A stretch of DNA of 64,000 nucleotides from a virus. Shown here one piece after another: positions 9,621-17,446 of the stretch. The notes below the pieces were generated by a model. The model was given only the letters and a program-made list of their open reading frames with translations. It ran no database searches and was not told the origin of the DNA. A program made the position numbers and the translations under genes. The stretch is taken from positions 1 through 64,000 of the IMG/VR virus record IMGVR_UViG_3300034418_003613; one strand, 5' to 3'. How positions within the stretch are numbered: the stretch's first letter is position 1; each line of letters begins with the position of its first letter.

Positions 9621-10916
9621 ATGAGTGAGTCAAATAAGACAATGGACAGTACAGTAGAAACAGTAAATATAGATTTAGACGAGATCTTTGATGGTGCAGC
9701 TACCGCAGAGGGTGTGACTGTACCTAATGAAGGTTCTAAGTCTACTCCTAATATTTTTACAGCTGGAGGTCCTAAGGTAGATATGTCATTTGCAGAACCT
9801 GCTGATGATACAACTGACCTAAACGAAGAAGTAGAAGAAACTTCTGAGGTTGAAGAAACCAAAGAGCCTGAGGCTGAAAAGAAAGAAGACGGTGGTGAAC
9901 TTCTTGATACTTTAGTTGAAGAGGATAATAATGAGGAGGAGACGGAGGTTGAAGAAACTAAGCAAACTAGAGGTAGAAAGAAAATTGAGGGGATTAGTGA
10001 TGTATTTAACAAGCTTATCAAAGATGATAAGATTGTTCCTTTTGATGATGACAAGCCTTTGGATGAGTATTCAGCCAAAGACTGGGAAGAGCTTATTGAG
10101 GCAAACCTTGAAGAAAGGGCTAATCAAGTTAGACAAGAGACTCCTAAACAGTTTTTTGCAAGTCTCCCTGAGGAATTACAGATTGCTGCAAGATATGTGG
10201 CTGAGGGTGGTAATGATCTTAAAGGTTTATTCCAGACTCTTGCTTCTACAGAAGAAGCTAAATCTCTTGATGTCAAGAATGAGAGAGATCAAGAAAGAAT
10301 CATTGTAGACTATCTCAGTGCAACTGGTTACGGTACATCCGAAGAGATTGCAGAGGAGATTGAAGTTTGGAAAGACTTGGGTAAGCTTGAGCAACAGGCT
10401 ATGAAGTTTAAGCCTAAGTTGGATAAGATGCAAGAGAAAGTAGTTGCACAAAAGCTTCAGCAACAGGAGCTTAAGAGAAAGCAACAAGAGCAGGCATCTC
10501 AACAGTATATGGAAAATGTGTACAATACTCTTAAAGAGGGTACCATTAACGATATTAAGATGGATAGGAAAGTGCAGGCTATGTTATATAATGGTTTAGT
10601 ACAACCTAACTATCCATCTGTAAGTGGTAAAAATACCAACTTACTTGGGCACTTACTTGAGAAGTATCAATTTGTTGAGCCTAACCATGAGTTAATTGCG
10701 GAAGCACTGTGGTTATTGGCAGATCCAGATGGATACAAAGGCAAGATTATGGAAAAGGGATCTCAGATTGCAGTTGAAAAGACCGTAAGGAAACTTAAGA
10801 CTGAGCAGAGTAATAGCGGGGGTAGTTCTTTAGGTGTAGAGCAGAGAGACAAAGAAGGGGCAAGAACATCTAAGAGAAAGATCAAGAGACCTAACAACAT
10901 TTTTAGAAGAGCGTAA
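9621..10916 (+). CDS. acidic scaffold-like protein
   Basis: Very acidic N-terminus and helical C-terminus; lies between portal and major capsid genes. Confidence 0.6.
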   Translation: MSESNKTMDSTVETVNIDLDEIFDGAATAEGVTVPNEGSKSTPNIFTAGGPKVDMSFAEPADDTTDLNEEVEETSEVEETKEPEAEKKEDGGELLDTLVEEDNNEEETEVEETKQTRGRKKIEGISDVFNKLIKDDKIVPFDDDKPLDEYSAKDWEELIEANLEERANQVRQETPKQFFASLPEELQIAARYVAEGGNDLKGLFQTLASTEEAKSLDVKNERDQERIIVDYLSATGYGTSEEIAEEIEVWKDLGKLEQQAMKFKPKLDKMQEKVVAQKLQQQELKRKQQEQASQQYMENVYNTLKEGTINDIKMDRKVQAMLYNGLVQPNYPSVSGKNTNLLGHLLEKYQFVEPNHELIAEALWLLADPDGYKGKIMEKGSQIAVEKTVRKLKTEQSNSGGSSLGVEQRDKEGARTSKRKIKRPNNIFRRA

Positions 10917-10926
10917 GAATTTATTT

Positions 10927-10942
10927 AATCAATCAATCAATC
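10927..10942 (+). repeat. (AATC)4 tandem repeat in the major capsid leader
   Basis: AATCAATCAATCAATC, about 25 nt upstream of ATG 10968. Confidence 0.7.
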
Positions 10943-10967
10943 AGTTAACTTAAATTTTAATTAAACT

Positions 10968-12587
10968 ATGGCAACTCCAGTTTTAAACAACGGAATCTTC
11001 CTCAGAGATACAAGCTATAAGGCTAGTTCTCATGTTGATTCTTATCACCTTACCCAGATGCTCGGTTCTGCTGAGCCTATGGATATGGGACCAGTTGATC
11101 TTTGGGCTATGACCCAGAAGGTAGAAATGCCTTTGTATCAGATGGCTTCTTTCGGTGGGAAGAATACAATTCTTGTAGACAATGCTCGCGGTGAGTATAA
11201 GTGGCAGACTCCTGTAGCACAGGATCTTCCTTTCTCTGTAGGAAACATCGAAAGTGACACTAATCTCGGTGGAGACGGTACAACTTTCAAGATCAAATTA
11301 TCTAAGAGATCATTTGGTCATGGTGATATCATCACTTATGACAAGTACAATGGTCTTGAACTTTACATCACTGCGGATGACATTCTTCCAGCTGGTGACG
11401 GGTTTATCTATACCGTTCAGCTTGTGAACAATGATAATTCTGCTACTTTGGATGCTAGCAAGTACTTGGTATCTGGCACAAAGTATTTCAGAAAAGGTTC
11501 TGCACGTGGTGAGTATGGTGAGAGGTTCTCAGACATTGAGACCGGTTCTGGATTCAGAGAGTTCTACAACTTTGTAGGAGGCGCTGAGGCACACGTACAC
11601 TATTCTATTTCTAGCCGTGCTGATCTTATGATCAAGGGTGGTTTGAATGCTGACGGTACTGTACCTGTAACCGAGATCTGGAGAAACTTTAACCAGGATC
11701 CTAACAATCCTTCTGTTTCAAGCATTGAGCAGTTGGTTGCAAACATGGGTAAGGCAGGTGCTAGAGACGCCTTTGATAATGGTACTTTGACAAGAACCTT
11801 TATCACTAATCTCGAAGCGGCTCACTTATCTAAGATTGCTAATGACATCGAAACTTACCTGATGTGGGGTAAAGGCGGTAGAATCAAGCAAGATGGTCCA
11901 GATGATATCAGACTGTCTGTTGGTCTTTGGTCTCAGTTAGACAACTCTTTCAAGAGAGTTTATAACAAGTCTCAGTTCACATTGGATATGTTCAAGTCTG
12001 AGCTTTACAACTTCTACCAGGGTAAAGTTGAATTCAAGGGTCCAGACCCCCAGAGAAAGCTTGTTGTTCAAACAGGTATCGGTGGTATGCAGTTGATCAA
12101 CAAAGCTATCGCTGATGAGGTTTATGGTTCTGGTCTCGTACAGAATGCTTCTGACATTGGTGCTGTTTCAGGTTCTGGAATGGATCTTGACTTTGGTTTT
12201 GCTTACACAAGCTTCACCATTCCATTCTTGGCTAACGTTAAGTTTGTCTTGAACCCAGCGTTTGACAACCTGCACACTAATGACGTTGAGAATCCTTTGA
12301 TTGATGGACGTCCATTGAGCTCTTACAGCTTCATCATCTTTGATGTAACTGAGGAAGGAAATGACAACATCTATCTCTTGAAGCTTTCTTGGGATAATCA
12401 ACTGAAGTGGTTCTACCAGAATGGTACTATGGACTACATGGGTCGCAGCCAAGGATTTGCTTCTACCGGTAACTTTAATGGTTACAGAGTTATGATGACT
12501 CAAACCATGCCAGCTATCTGGGTGAAGGATCCAACCAAGGTTCTCAAGATCGTTATGAGAAACCCTGTTACAGGCGGATCATTCTAA
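10968..12587 (+). CDS. major capsid protein
   Basis: 539 aa, positioned after portal and scaffold. Biased codon use suggests high expression, and a strong terminator follows. Segments such as YLMWGKGG, VVQTGIGG and PAIWVKDPTK resemble crAss-like MCPs. Confidence 0.85.
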   Translation: MATPVLNNGIFLRDTSYKASSHVDSYHLTQMLGSAEPMDMGPVDLWAMTQKVEMPLYQMASFGGKNTILVDNARGEYKWQTPVAQDLPFSVGNIESDTNLGGDGTTFKIKLSKRSFGHGDIITYDKYNGLELYITADDILPAGDGFIYTVQLVNNDNSATLDASKYLVSGTKYFRKGSARGEYGERFSDIETGSGFREFYNFVGGAEAHVHYSISSRADLMIKGGLNADGTVPVTEIWRNFNQDPNNPSVSSIEQLVANMGKAGARDAFDNGTLTRTFITNLEAAHLSKIANDIETYLMWGKGGRIKQDGPDDIRLSVGLWSQLDNSFKRVYNKSQFTLDMFKSELYNFYQGKVEFKGPDPQRKLVVQTGIGGMQLINKAIADEVYGSGLVQNASDIGAVSGSGMDLDFGFAYTSFTIPFLANVKFVLNPAFDNLHTNDVENPLIDGRPLSSYSFIIFDVTEEGNDNIYLLKLSWDNQLKWFYQNGTMDYMGRSQGFASTGNFNGYRVMMTQTMPAIWVKDPTKVLKIVMRNPVTGGSF

Positions 12588-12605
12588 TAGTTTATTTATT
12601 AACCT

Positions 12606-12640
12606 GAGAAGGGGAGGGTCACTCCTCCCCTTTTCTTTTT
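12606..12640 (+). terminator. intrinsic terminator after the major capsid gene
   Basis: GAGAAGGGGAGG-GTCACT-CCTCCCCTTTTC followed by TTTTT. Confidence 0.85.
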
Positions 12641-12652
12641 AAATTATTGATC

Positions 12653-12859
12653 ATGTTAGGACTTAGAATCAAAAAGGCAAATAAGACAACTGAGTTTACA
12701 AACTCAAGTGTTTCTAAAATTTTGGCTTCTGGCGCTGTAGGTAAAGACATCTTAGCTAGAGATTATGCTGATAATAATGCTGCTGTAGCAGCCGGATTAA
12801 AAGCTGGTGATTTATATCACACCTCATCTACTGGTGCATTAAAAGTAGTTACCGCGTAA
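12653..12859 (+). CDS. small putative virion protein
   Basis: 68 aa from ATG 12653. The C-terminal YADNNAAVAAGLKAGDLYHT..GALKVV motif resembles phage fibre/decoration tips. Confidence 0.6.
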   Translation: MLGLRIKKANKTTEFTNSSVSKILASGAVGKDILARDYADNNAAVAAGLKAGDLYHTSSTGALKVVTA

Positions 12860-12950
12860 CTCAAAACTTTTGCCAGCTACGGCTGGCATTAGAACTGTAT
12901 ATATACATTTGTATTATTGAGTTCAGAACTTTAATTAAAACCAAACAAAC

Positions 12951-13967
12951 ATGGAAGATTACACAATTGTAGAGAAGTATCAACAGCGAAAAAGTGCTGC
13001 TATTGCCATTAGACCATTCTTTAATGGTGCTAAAGCCAATATGGGTTTAGAGAATTACGGAATGTCACTTCATGATGGAGTGTATCATGAAGAAACTTTA
13101 GCTTGTCTAGAGATTAATGGTGTTAAGAGATATGTCACAGGCTTGAATGAGTTTGCCCCAGAGGTTAAAAACTTAGCTCCCGGTGAGAGAGAGCTCAAGG
13201 TAAAAGAGATCAGAGAGACAGTTTCTCAGTTAGAAAAGGATTTAGCAGCAAATGTTGTTGACCCTGAAGACAAAGAGTTCTGGAATAAACTTAATCTGCT
13301 TAAGCCAGATAATGATAAGTTTTGGTCTAAGATTAGTCTGAGATGCGGTAATGATCCTGTATTTTTAGATCCAGATTCAGATCCTTATGATCTTATTAAG
13401 ATCCATGCTATCAAGGCTGGCGGTTTTTCTATTGTAGCTAAATCTTTGAAGGATGCTAAGATGATGAATCCTACACCAAAGTTTTACTTAGATACAATTG
13501 AGGAGACTGTAACCACAAGAACAGAGTACAGTAAGCTTAGAAACAAAGCGCTTGTTGCATTGGAAGGCATGTATGGAAAGAACAATGCCAAGCTTATGTA
13601 TGTGGCAAAGGCTGTAGATATTGATAGTGTACAGTATACTAAGAATACTCCCGTAGATATCATCTATGAAAACATGGATGCTTACATCAATGGTGAGGGT
13701 ATTGAGAGTAGTAAGAAGAGAGCTGCGGAAATCTTTATTAAAGTTTCTAAGTACTCAATGCAGGATCTTAAGATTACAGCTCTAGTGAAAGACTGCATGT
13801 ATTACAGGTTTATTACCAAGAAAGCCGGAGGGTGGATTGAGACTCTAGATAGTGGGGTAAAGCTTGGTAAGAGACAAGAGGAAGTTGTAGATTTTTTGAA
13901 GAAACCAGATCAAGAAGAAGTTCTTTCAAGTTTATTAGCTAAGGTAGAACCTTACTGGAATTCTTAA
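12951..13967 (+). CDS. conserved capsid-module protein
   Basis: 338 aa, downstream of the MCP, where crAss-like phages carry a conserved core gene. AAAACCAAACAAAC leader. Confidence 0.6.
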   Translation: MEDYTIVEKYQQRKSAAIAIRPFFNGAKANMGLENYGMSLHDGVYHEETLACLEINGVKRYVTGLNEFAPEVKNLAPGERELKVKEIRETVSQLEKDLAANVVDPEDKEFWNKLNLLKPDNDKFWSKISLRCGNDPVFLDPDSDPYDLIKIHAIKAGGFSIVAKSLKDAKMMNPTPKFYLDTIEETVTTRTEYSKLRNKALVALEGMYGKNNAKLMYVAKAVDIDSVQYTKNTPVDIIYENMDAYINGEGIESSKKRAAEIFIKVSKYSMQDLKITALVKDCMYYRFITKKAGGWIETLDSGVKLGKRQEEVVDFLKKPDQEEVLSSLLAKVEPYWNS

Positions 13968-13977
13968 ACTTTAACTC

Positions 13978-14694
13978 ATGGATATTGCAACATTACAATT
14001 AAAGCTTAAACAGCGTCTCAATAAGCTAGATAGCCAAGACTATGACAATATAGAAGACTGGCAGATTATTGAAGCTTTTAATAAAGCGCAATTGGAATGG
14101 TGTAGAAGAAACCTACACGGCAACAATCTTTACAAAGAAGGGGATGAAGTCTCTAAGAAGAGGGTGGACGATCTACAGATCTTGTTGATGGAACTCCCTC
14201 TTACTAAGGGAGCTAATAGTACAGATGAATACTTTGAGTCTGATAATTTTCCTGATATTGATGTTTACCTAGAGTATAAGAGGGTAAGTGCAGATGCTAC
14301 AAGCGAGTGTTGCACAGATCCTCGATCTATGACAGTTTACTTAGCTGAAGAGGCTAACAGAGATTTAATTCTGAGAGATCCACTGAAGAGACCAGATTTT
14401 GATTGGGGTGAAACATTTTGCACTTTGATTGATGGGCAGGTCAGGATCTACAAAAACGCTGATTTTGAGATAGTTAACCCTGTTCTTACATTTTATAGGG
14501 TGCCTAAGTATATTGAAATTGCTGGTGTTCTAAATCCATATACTGGAACTATATCTTCTGTAGATGTAGAACCAGAGTTTAAGGATGATCTTGTGGAATT
14601 ATTTATTGATGAGACTGCTGCCATTATTGCTGGTGATATTGCCAACTTTGCTCAGATGCAAAGAGAACAGCAGATGGCGGAAAGAAATAATTAA
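13978..14694 (+). CDS. neck/ring (head-tail connector) protein
   Basis: N-terminal RLNKLDSQDY...IIEAFNKAQ...KKRVDDLQIL helices and C-terminal LTFYRVP...EF...ELFIDE fit crAss-like ring proteins. Confidence 0.6.
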   Translation: MDIATLQLKLKQRLNKLDSQDYDNIEDWQIIEAFNKAQLEWCRRNLHGNNLYKEGDEVSKKRVDDLQILLMELPLTKGANSTDEYFESDNFPDIDVYLEYKRVSADATSECCTDPRSMTVYLAEEANRDLILRDPLKRPDFDWGETFCTLIDGQVRIYKNADFEIVNPVLTFYRVPKYIEIAGVLNPYTGTISSVDVEPEFKDDLVELFIDETAAIIAGDIANFAQMQREQQMAERNN

Positions 14695-14716
14695 ACCTTT
14701 GTATACTAAAACTTTT

Positions 14717-14728
14717 TTTGTATATTAT
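14717..14728 (+). promoter_or_regulatory. phage promoter-like motif TTTGTATATTAT
   Basis: Exact intergenic copy upstream of 14789. Confidence 0.65.
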
Positions 14729-14788
14729 TAATGTATCTACCTGAGTAGGTACAGATTTATTTTTTTGTAACTTTTTAAATTTAAGAAA

Positions 14789-16282
14789 ATGGCTTATTTT
14801 AATCATGCATTTGTAAAATGCTTCAACCCAGCCGGAGCAATGCCTGCAGATGGAACTGCAACATCAGCTCTTACAGCTGGACAGATTGTATTTGTAGATG
14901 GTTCTACTTGGCAATCTGTTTCTCCTACTAATGCGCCCCTTCCTGCAGCAGGTAATCTTGGGTACATTGTTCAAGGTTCATATCACACTCAAGACAGCAT
15001 TGGAAACAATCCTGGACATGGTGGATATACCGAGTCTGTAAAGTCTAAGGGTATCAACCCAAGATACGTTAGCAGATTATATTCTACTGACGTTGTTGAG
15101 GCTTCTCAGTCTACAAGTGTTATCTCGGTTGCTTCTACTTGCGCTCCTTGTGATGATCCTTTGTATCTGAGATTAGATGTTAAGGGTTCTCCTGCTCTGC
15201 GTTTCTTGAATCACAACGCTTATGCTGTTGCTGATTCTGATGGCGCTTGCTGCAGCGAGCCTGGACAAACTTATGTTGATCCTGCTCTTGCTCTTGCTCA
15301 AGCTGGTACTCGTCTGGTAGCTGATCCAATTGTTAGTCCTTTCGTAAGAGAGCGTCAATGGGGAACAGGTGCTAGTGCAGTTGTTGCTGGTATTGTTGTA
15401 ACTAAGACTGGTGGTGGTTTGAACGGTGTAGATTCTACATCTACAGTTAATGCTGGCGGTTCTAACTATACTACTGGTGATATTGTATCTGTTGACACTG
15501 GTTCTAGCCTTGCAGTTTTACAAGTAACCGCAACTGCTGGTGCTGTTACAGCATTTACAGTTTTAGCTGCTGGTTCTGGTTATACTGCAGGATCTAAGGC
15601 TACTACAAATGTTGTTGTTGCTAATGCTGCAGCTACTGGCTTTACTGTAACTGTTGTTCAAGATGCAGATGCTGCTTCATTCTCAATGGCTCAAATTATT
15701 GATGCAACTTATACTGCATCTACTGATCCTGTTACCGATGGTGTTTCTGCTGCTTTCCACATTGAAGGTGCTTATGCAGAGACTAAGTTTGGTGCTTGTT
15801 CATTTGACACTCGCGACTTCTACGGTAAGGAGCCTGTGCAGTTGAACCTGGCTATCTTGGATGAGACTGGTGATCCTTGTAACGACTGCGGTGTTACTGT
15901 TAACACTCCCGGAGTTATGGCTTCTACAGTTGGTGAGACAGTTCTGAGAGATATTTTGATGACTGAGAACTACATGCAGTCTCCATACAACCAGGGTAAT
16001 CCTGATTCTGCTCGTATCCGTGAGATTGAGGGATCTGATGATATCGTAGGAAGTGTTGATAGAACTGCACTTTACAAGGTGTATGTTATCCAGCACAGTG
16101 TGCCTAGATTCAACAATCCAACTTCCACATTTGATAACGACCAGTACTGTTACAAGATCTATGTTAAGAGCACAGATGCAGCACTGATTGCAGATATGGA
16201 TACCTTGATGGGTGAAATTGCTACATGGTGTAATGCCAGCGGTGGTAACGTTGCCTTTGTTAGTGGTATTGAGACACCCTAA
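14789..16282 (+). CDS. abundant structural protein (auxiliary capsid/decoration-like)
   Basis: 497 aa with its own promoter motif and terminator, biased codons, a C-terminal HSVPRFNNPT segment and an internal GGSNY/GSGY beta-rich segment. Confidence 0.55.
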   Translation: MAYFNHAFVKCFNPAGAMPADGTATSALTAGQIVFVDGSTWQSVSPTNAPLPAAGNLGYIVQGSYHTQDSIGNNPGHGGYTESVKSKGINPRYVSRLYSTDVVEASQSTSVISVASTCAPCDDPLYLRLDVKGSPALRFLNHNAYAVADSDGACCSEPGQTYVDPALALAQAGTRLVADPIVSPFVRERQWGTGASAVVAGIVVTKTGGGLNGVDSTSTVNAGGSNYTTGDIVSVDTGSSLAVLQVTATAGAVTAFTVLAAGSGYTAGSKATTNVVVANAAATGFTVTVVQDADAASFSMAQIIDATYTASTDPVTDGVSAAFHIEGAYAETKFGACSFDTRDFYGKEPVQLNLAILDETGDPCNDCGVTVNTPGVMASTVGETVLRDILMTENYMQSPYNQGNPDSARIREIEGSDDIVGSVDRTALYKVYVIQHSVPRFNNPTSTFDNDQYCYKIYVKSTDAALIADMDTLMGEIATWCNASGGNVAFVSGIETP

Positions 16283-16299
16283 TAGTTAAGGTAGTTATG

Positions 16300-16335
16300 A
16301 AAGAAAGGCTGGGTTATACCCGGCCTTTTCTTTTT
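16300..16335 (+). terminator. intrinsic terminator
   Basis: AAAGGCTGGG-TTATA-CCCGGCCTTT followed by TCTTTTT. Confidence 0.8.
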
Positions 16336-16349
16336 AATCTATTTTATTT

Positions 16350-16361
16350 TTTGTATATTAT
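16350..16361 (+). promoter_or_regulatory. phage promoter-like motif TTTGTATATTAT
   Basis: Exact copy just after a terminator, upstream of 16402. Confidence 0.65.
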
Positions 16362-16401
16362 TACTGTACTACAGTAGTTTTTATTTCTAAATAATTCCTT
16401 A

Positions 16402-16953
16402 ATGGCAAATAAGCATATACTAAGTCTAGAGGTTTCTCCAGTTGCCAATTGTGATATACTTAATATCAAGGATACTAGTCAGTATACTACTGATTTACAG
16501 ATTGATTGCGAAGAACTCTTGATAACAGTTCCCGGTTTCAATAAGCCTTATCTAATTAACGTTACCAACGGTTTTGATCTGTCATTAACCAATTGCACTA
16601 TTGGTGTCCAGACAGAGAATTGTGGTGATAAGACTACGGTTATTGCTGATGGTATTTATATTATCAGATATAGTGTAGCACCCACAGATAAGGTCTATGT
16701 AGAGTACAACCACTTACGAGTTACCTCATTGATGACAAAGTATTATAAGGTGCTTTGTGATCTTGATATGCAACCCTGTGAACCCAGCAGCGAAAGATCT
16801 GAGATTATTAGTGAATTAGGTTATATCAGAACTTTAATTGACGCCGCTGTAGCTAAAGTAGAATACTGCCAAAGCCCTAATAAGGGGATGGAGTTATATA
16901 ACTATGCTAAAAAGAGGCTGGATAAGATAGATTGTTCAGCTGTCTGTTGTTAA
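16402..16953 (+). CDS. putative tail/neck structural protein
   Basis: 183 aa with a beta-rich N-terminal half (DGIYIIRYSV) and a helical Cys-containing C-terminal half; structural module context. Confidence 0.55.
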   Translation: MANKHILSLEVSPVANCDILNIKDTSQYTTDLQIDCEELLITVPGFNKPYLINVTNGFDLSLTNCTIGVQTENCGDKTTVIADGIYIIRYSVAPTDKVYVEYNHLRVTSLMTKYYKVLCDLDMQPCEPSSERSEIISELGYIRTLIDAAVAKVEYCQSPNKGMELYNYAKKRLDKIDCSAVCC

Positions 16954-16970
16954 AACCAAAAACCAATAAT

Positions 16971-17156
16971 ATGAACTGTGCACATTGTAATAAAGCTTTT
17001 ACTTGCGGGTGCCAAAAAACTGTAGCGGCCAATGGTCAAACAGTACACAAGAGTTGTCTAGCTGATTATGGAAAAGCTACAGGAGTAGCACCAGCTATGC
17101 CTGCAGATGGAATCACTCAGCAAGTATATAGAGCTAAACAGAATTTACGTACATAA
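16971..17156 (+). CDS. small Cys-rich protein
   Basis: MNCAHCNKAFTCGCQ...HKSC. ATG 16971 after the AAAACCAAAAACCAATAAT leader is preferred to TTG 16932. Confidence 0.65.
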   Translation: MNCAHCNKAFTCGCQKTVAANGQTVHKSCLADYGKATGVAPAMPADGITQQVYRAKQNLRT

Positions 17157-17344
17157 TGGACGAGATTAAGATAGTTGAAGCTCAGCGGAAGTTTGCCAAT
17201 ACTGTGTATCAAGAATTTATTTCACACAGATTTGGCATCACACCATGTTGCTATACAGACGTTGAATCAGCTAAGATTAAGAAGTACTTATGCGACTGGC
17301 AGAACCTTAAGATAGAGGAGCCAGAAACAGTAAACTGTGATTAG
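17156..17344 (+). CDS. small hypothetical protein
   Basis: 62 aa containing RFGITPCC; its start overlaps the previous stop. Confidence 0.6.
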   Translation: MDEIKIVEAQRKFANTVYQEFISHRFGITPCCYTDVESAKIKKYLCDWQNLKIEEPETVNCD

Positions 17345-17392
17345 ATAATGAGAAGGGCAGGTTGGTTATAATCTTGGTTGTTCCTCAAAACT

Positions 17393-17404
17393 TTTGTATA
17401 TTAT
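17393..17404 (+). promoter_or_regulatory. phage promoter-like motif TTTGTATATTAT
   Basis: Exact intergenic copy upstream of 17447. Confidence 0.65.
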
Positions 17405-17446
17405 AGATATACCATACTTGTTTGAACAGCTGCAAAAAAAATATTT

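Noticed and set aside
10927-10942. (AATC)4 as a phase-variable switch
   Set aside because: It has only four units, is non-coding and is not within an identifiable promoter spacer; more likely an unstructured A-rich leader.
4530-12587. Introns or inteins in terL, portal or MCP, common in some crAss-like phages
   Set aside because: The ORFs are continuous and of ordinary size, with no visible intein splice or LAGLIDADG/HNH motifs.
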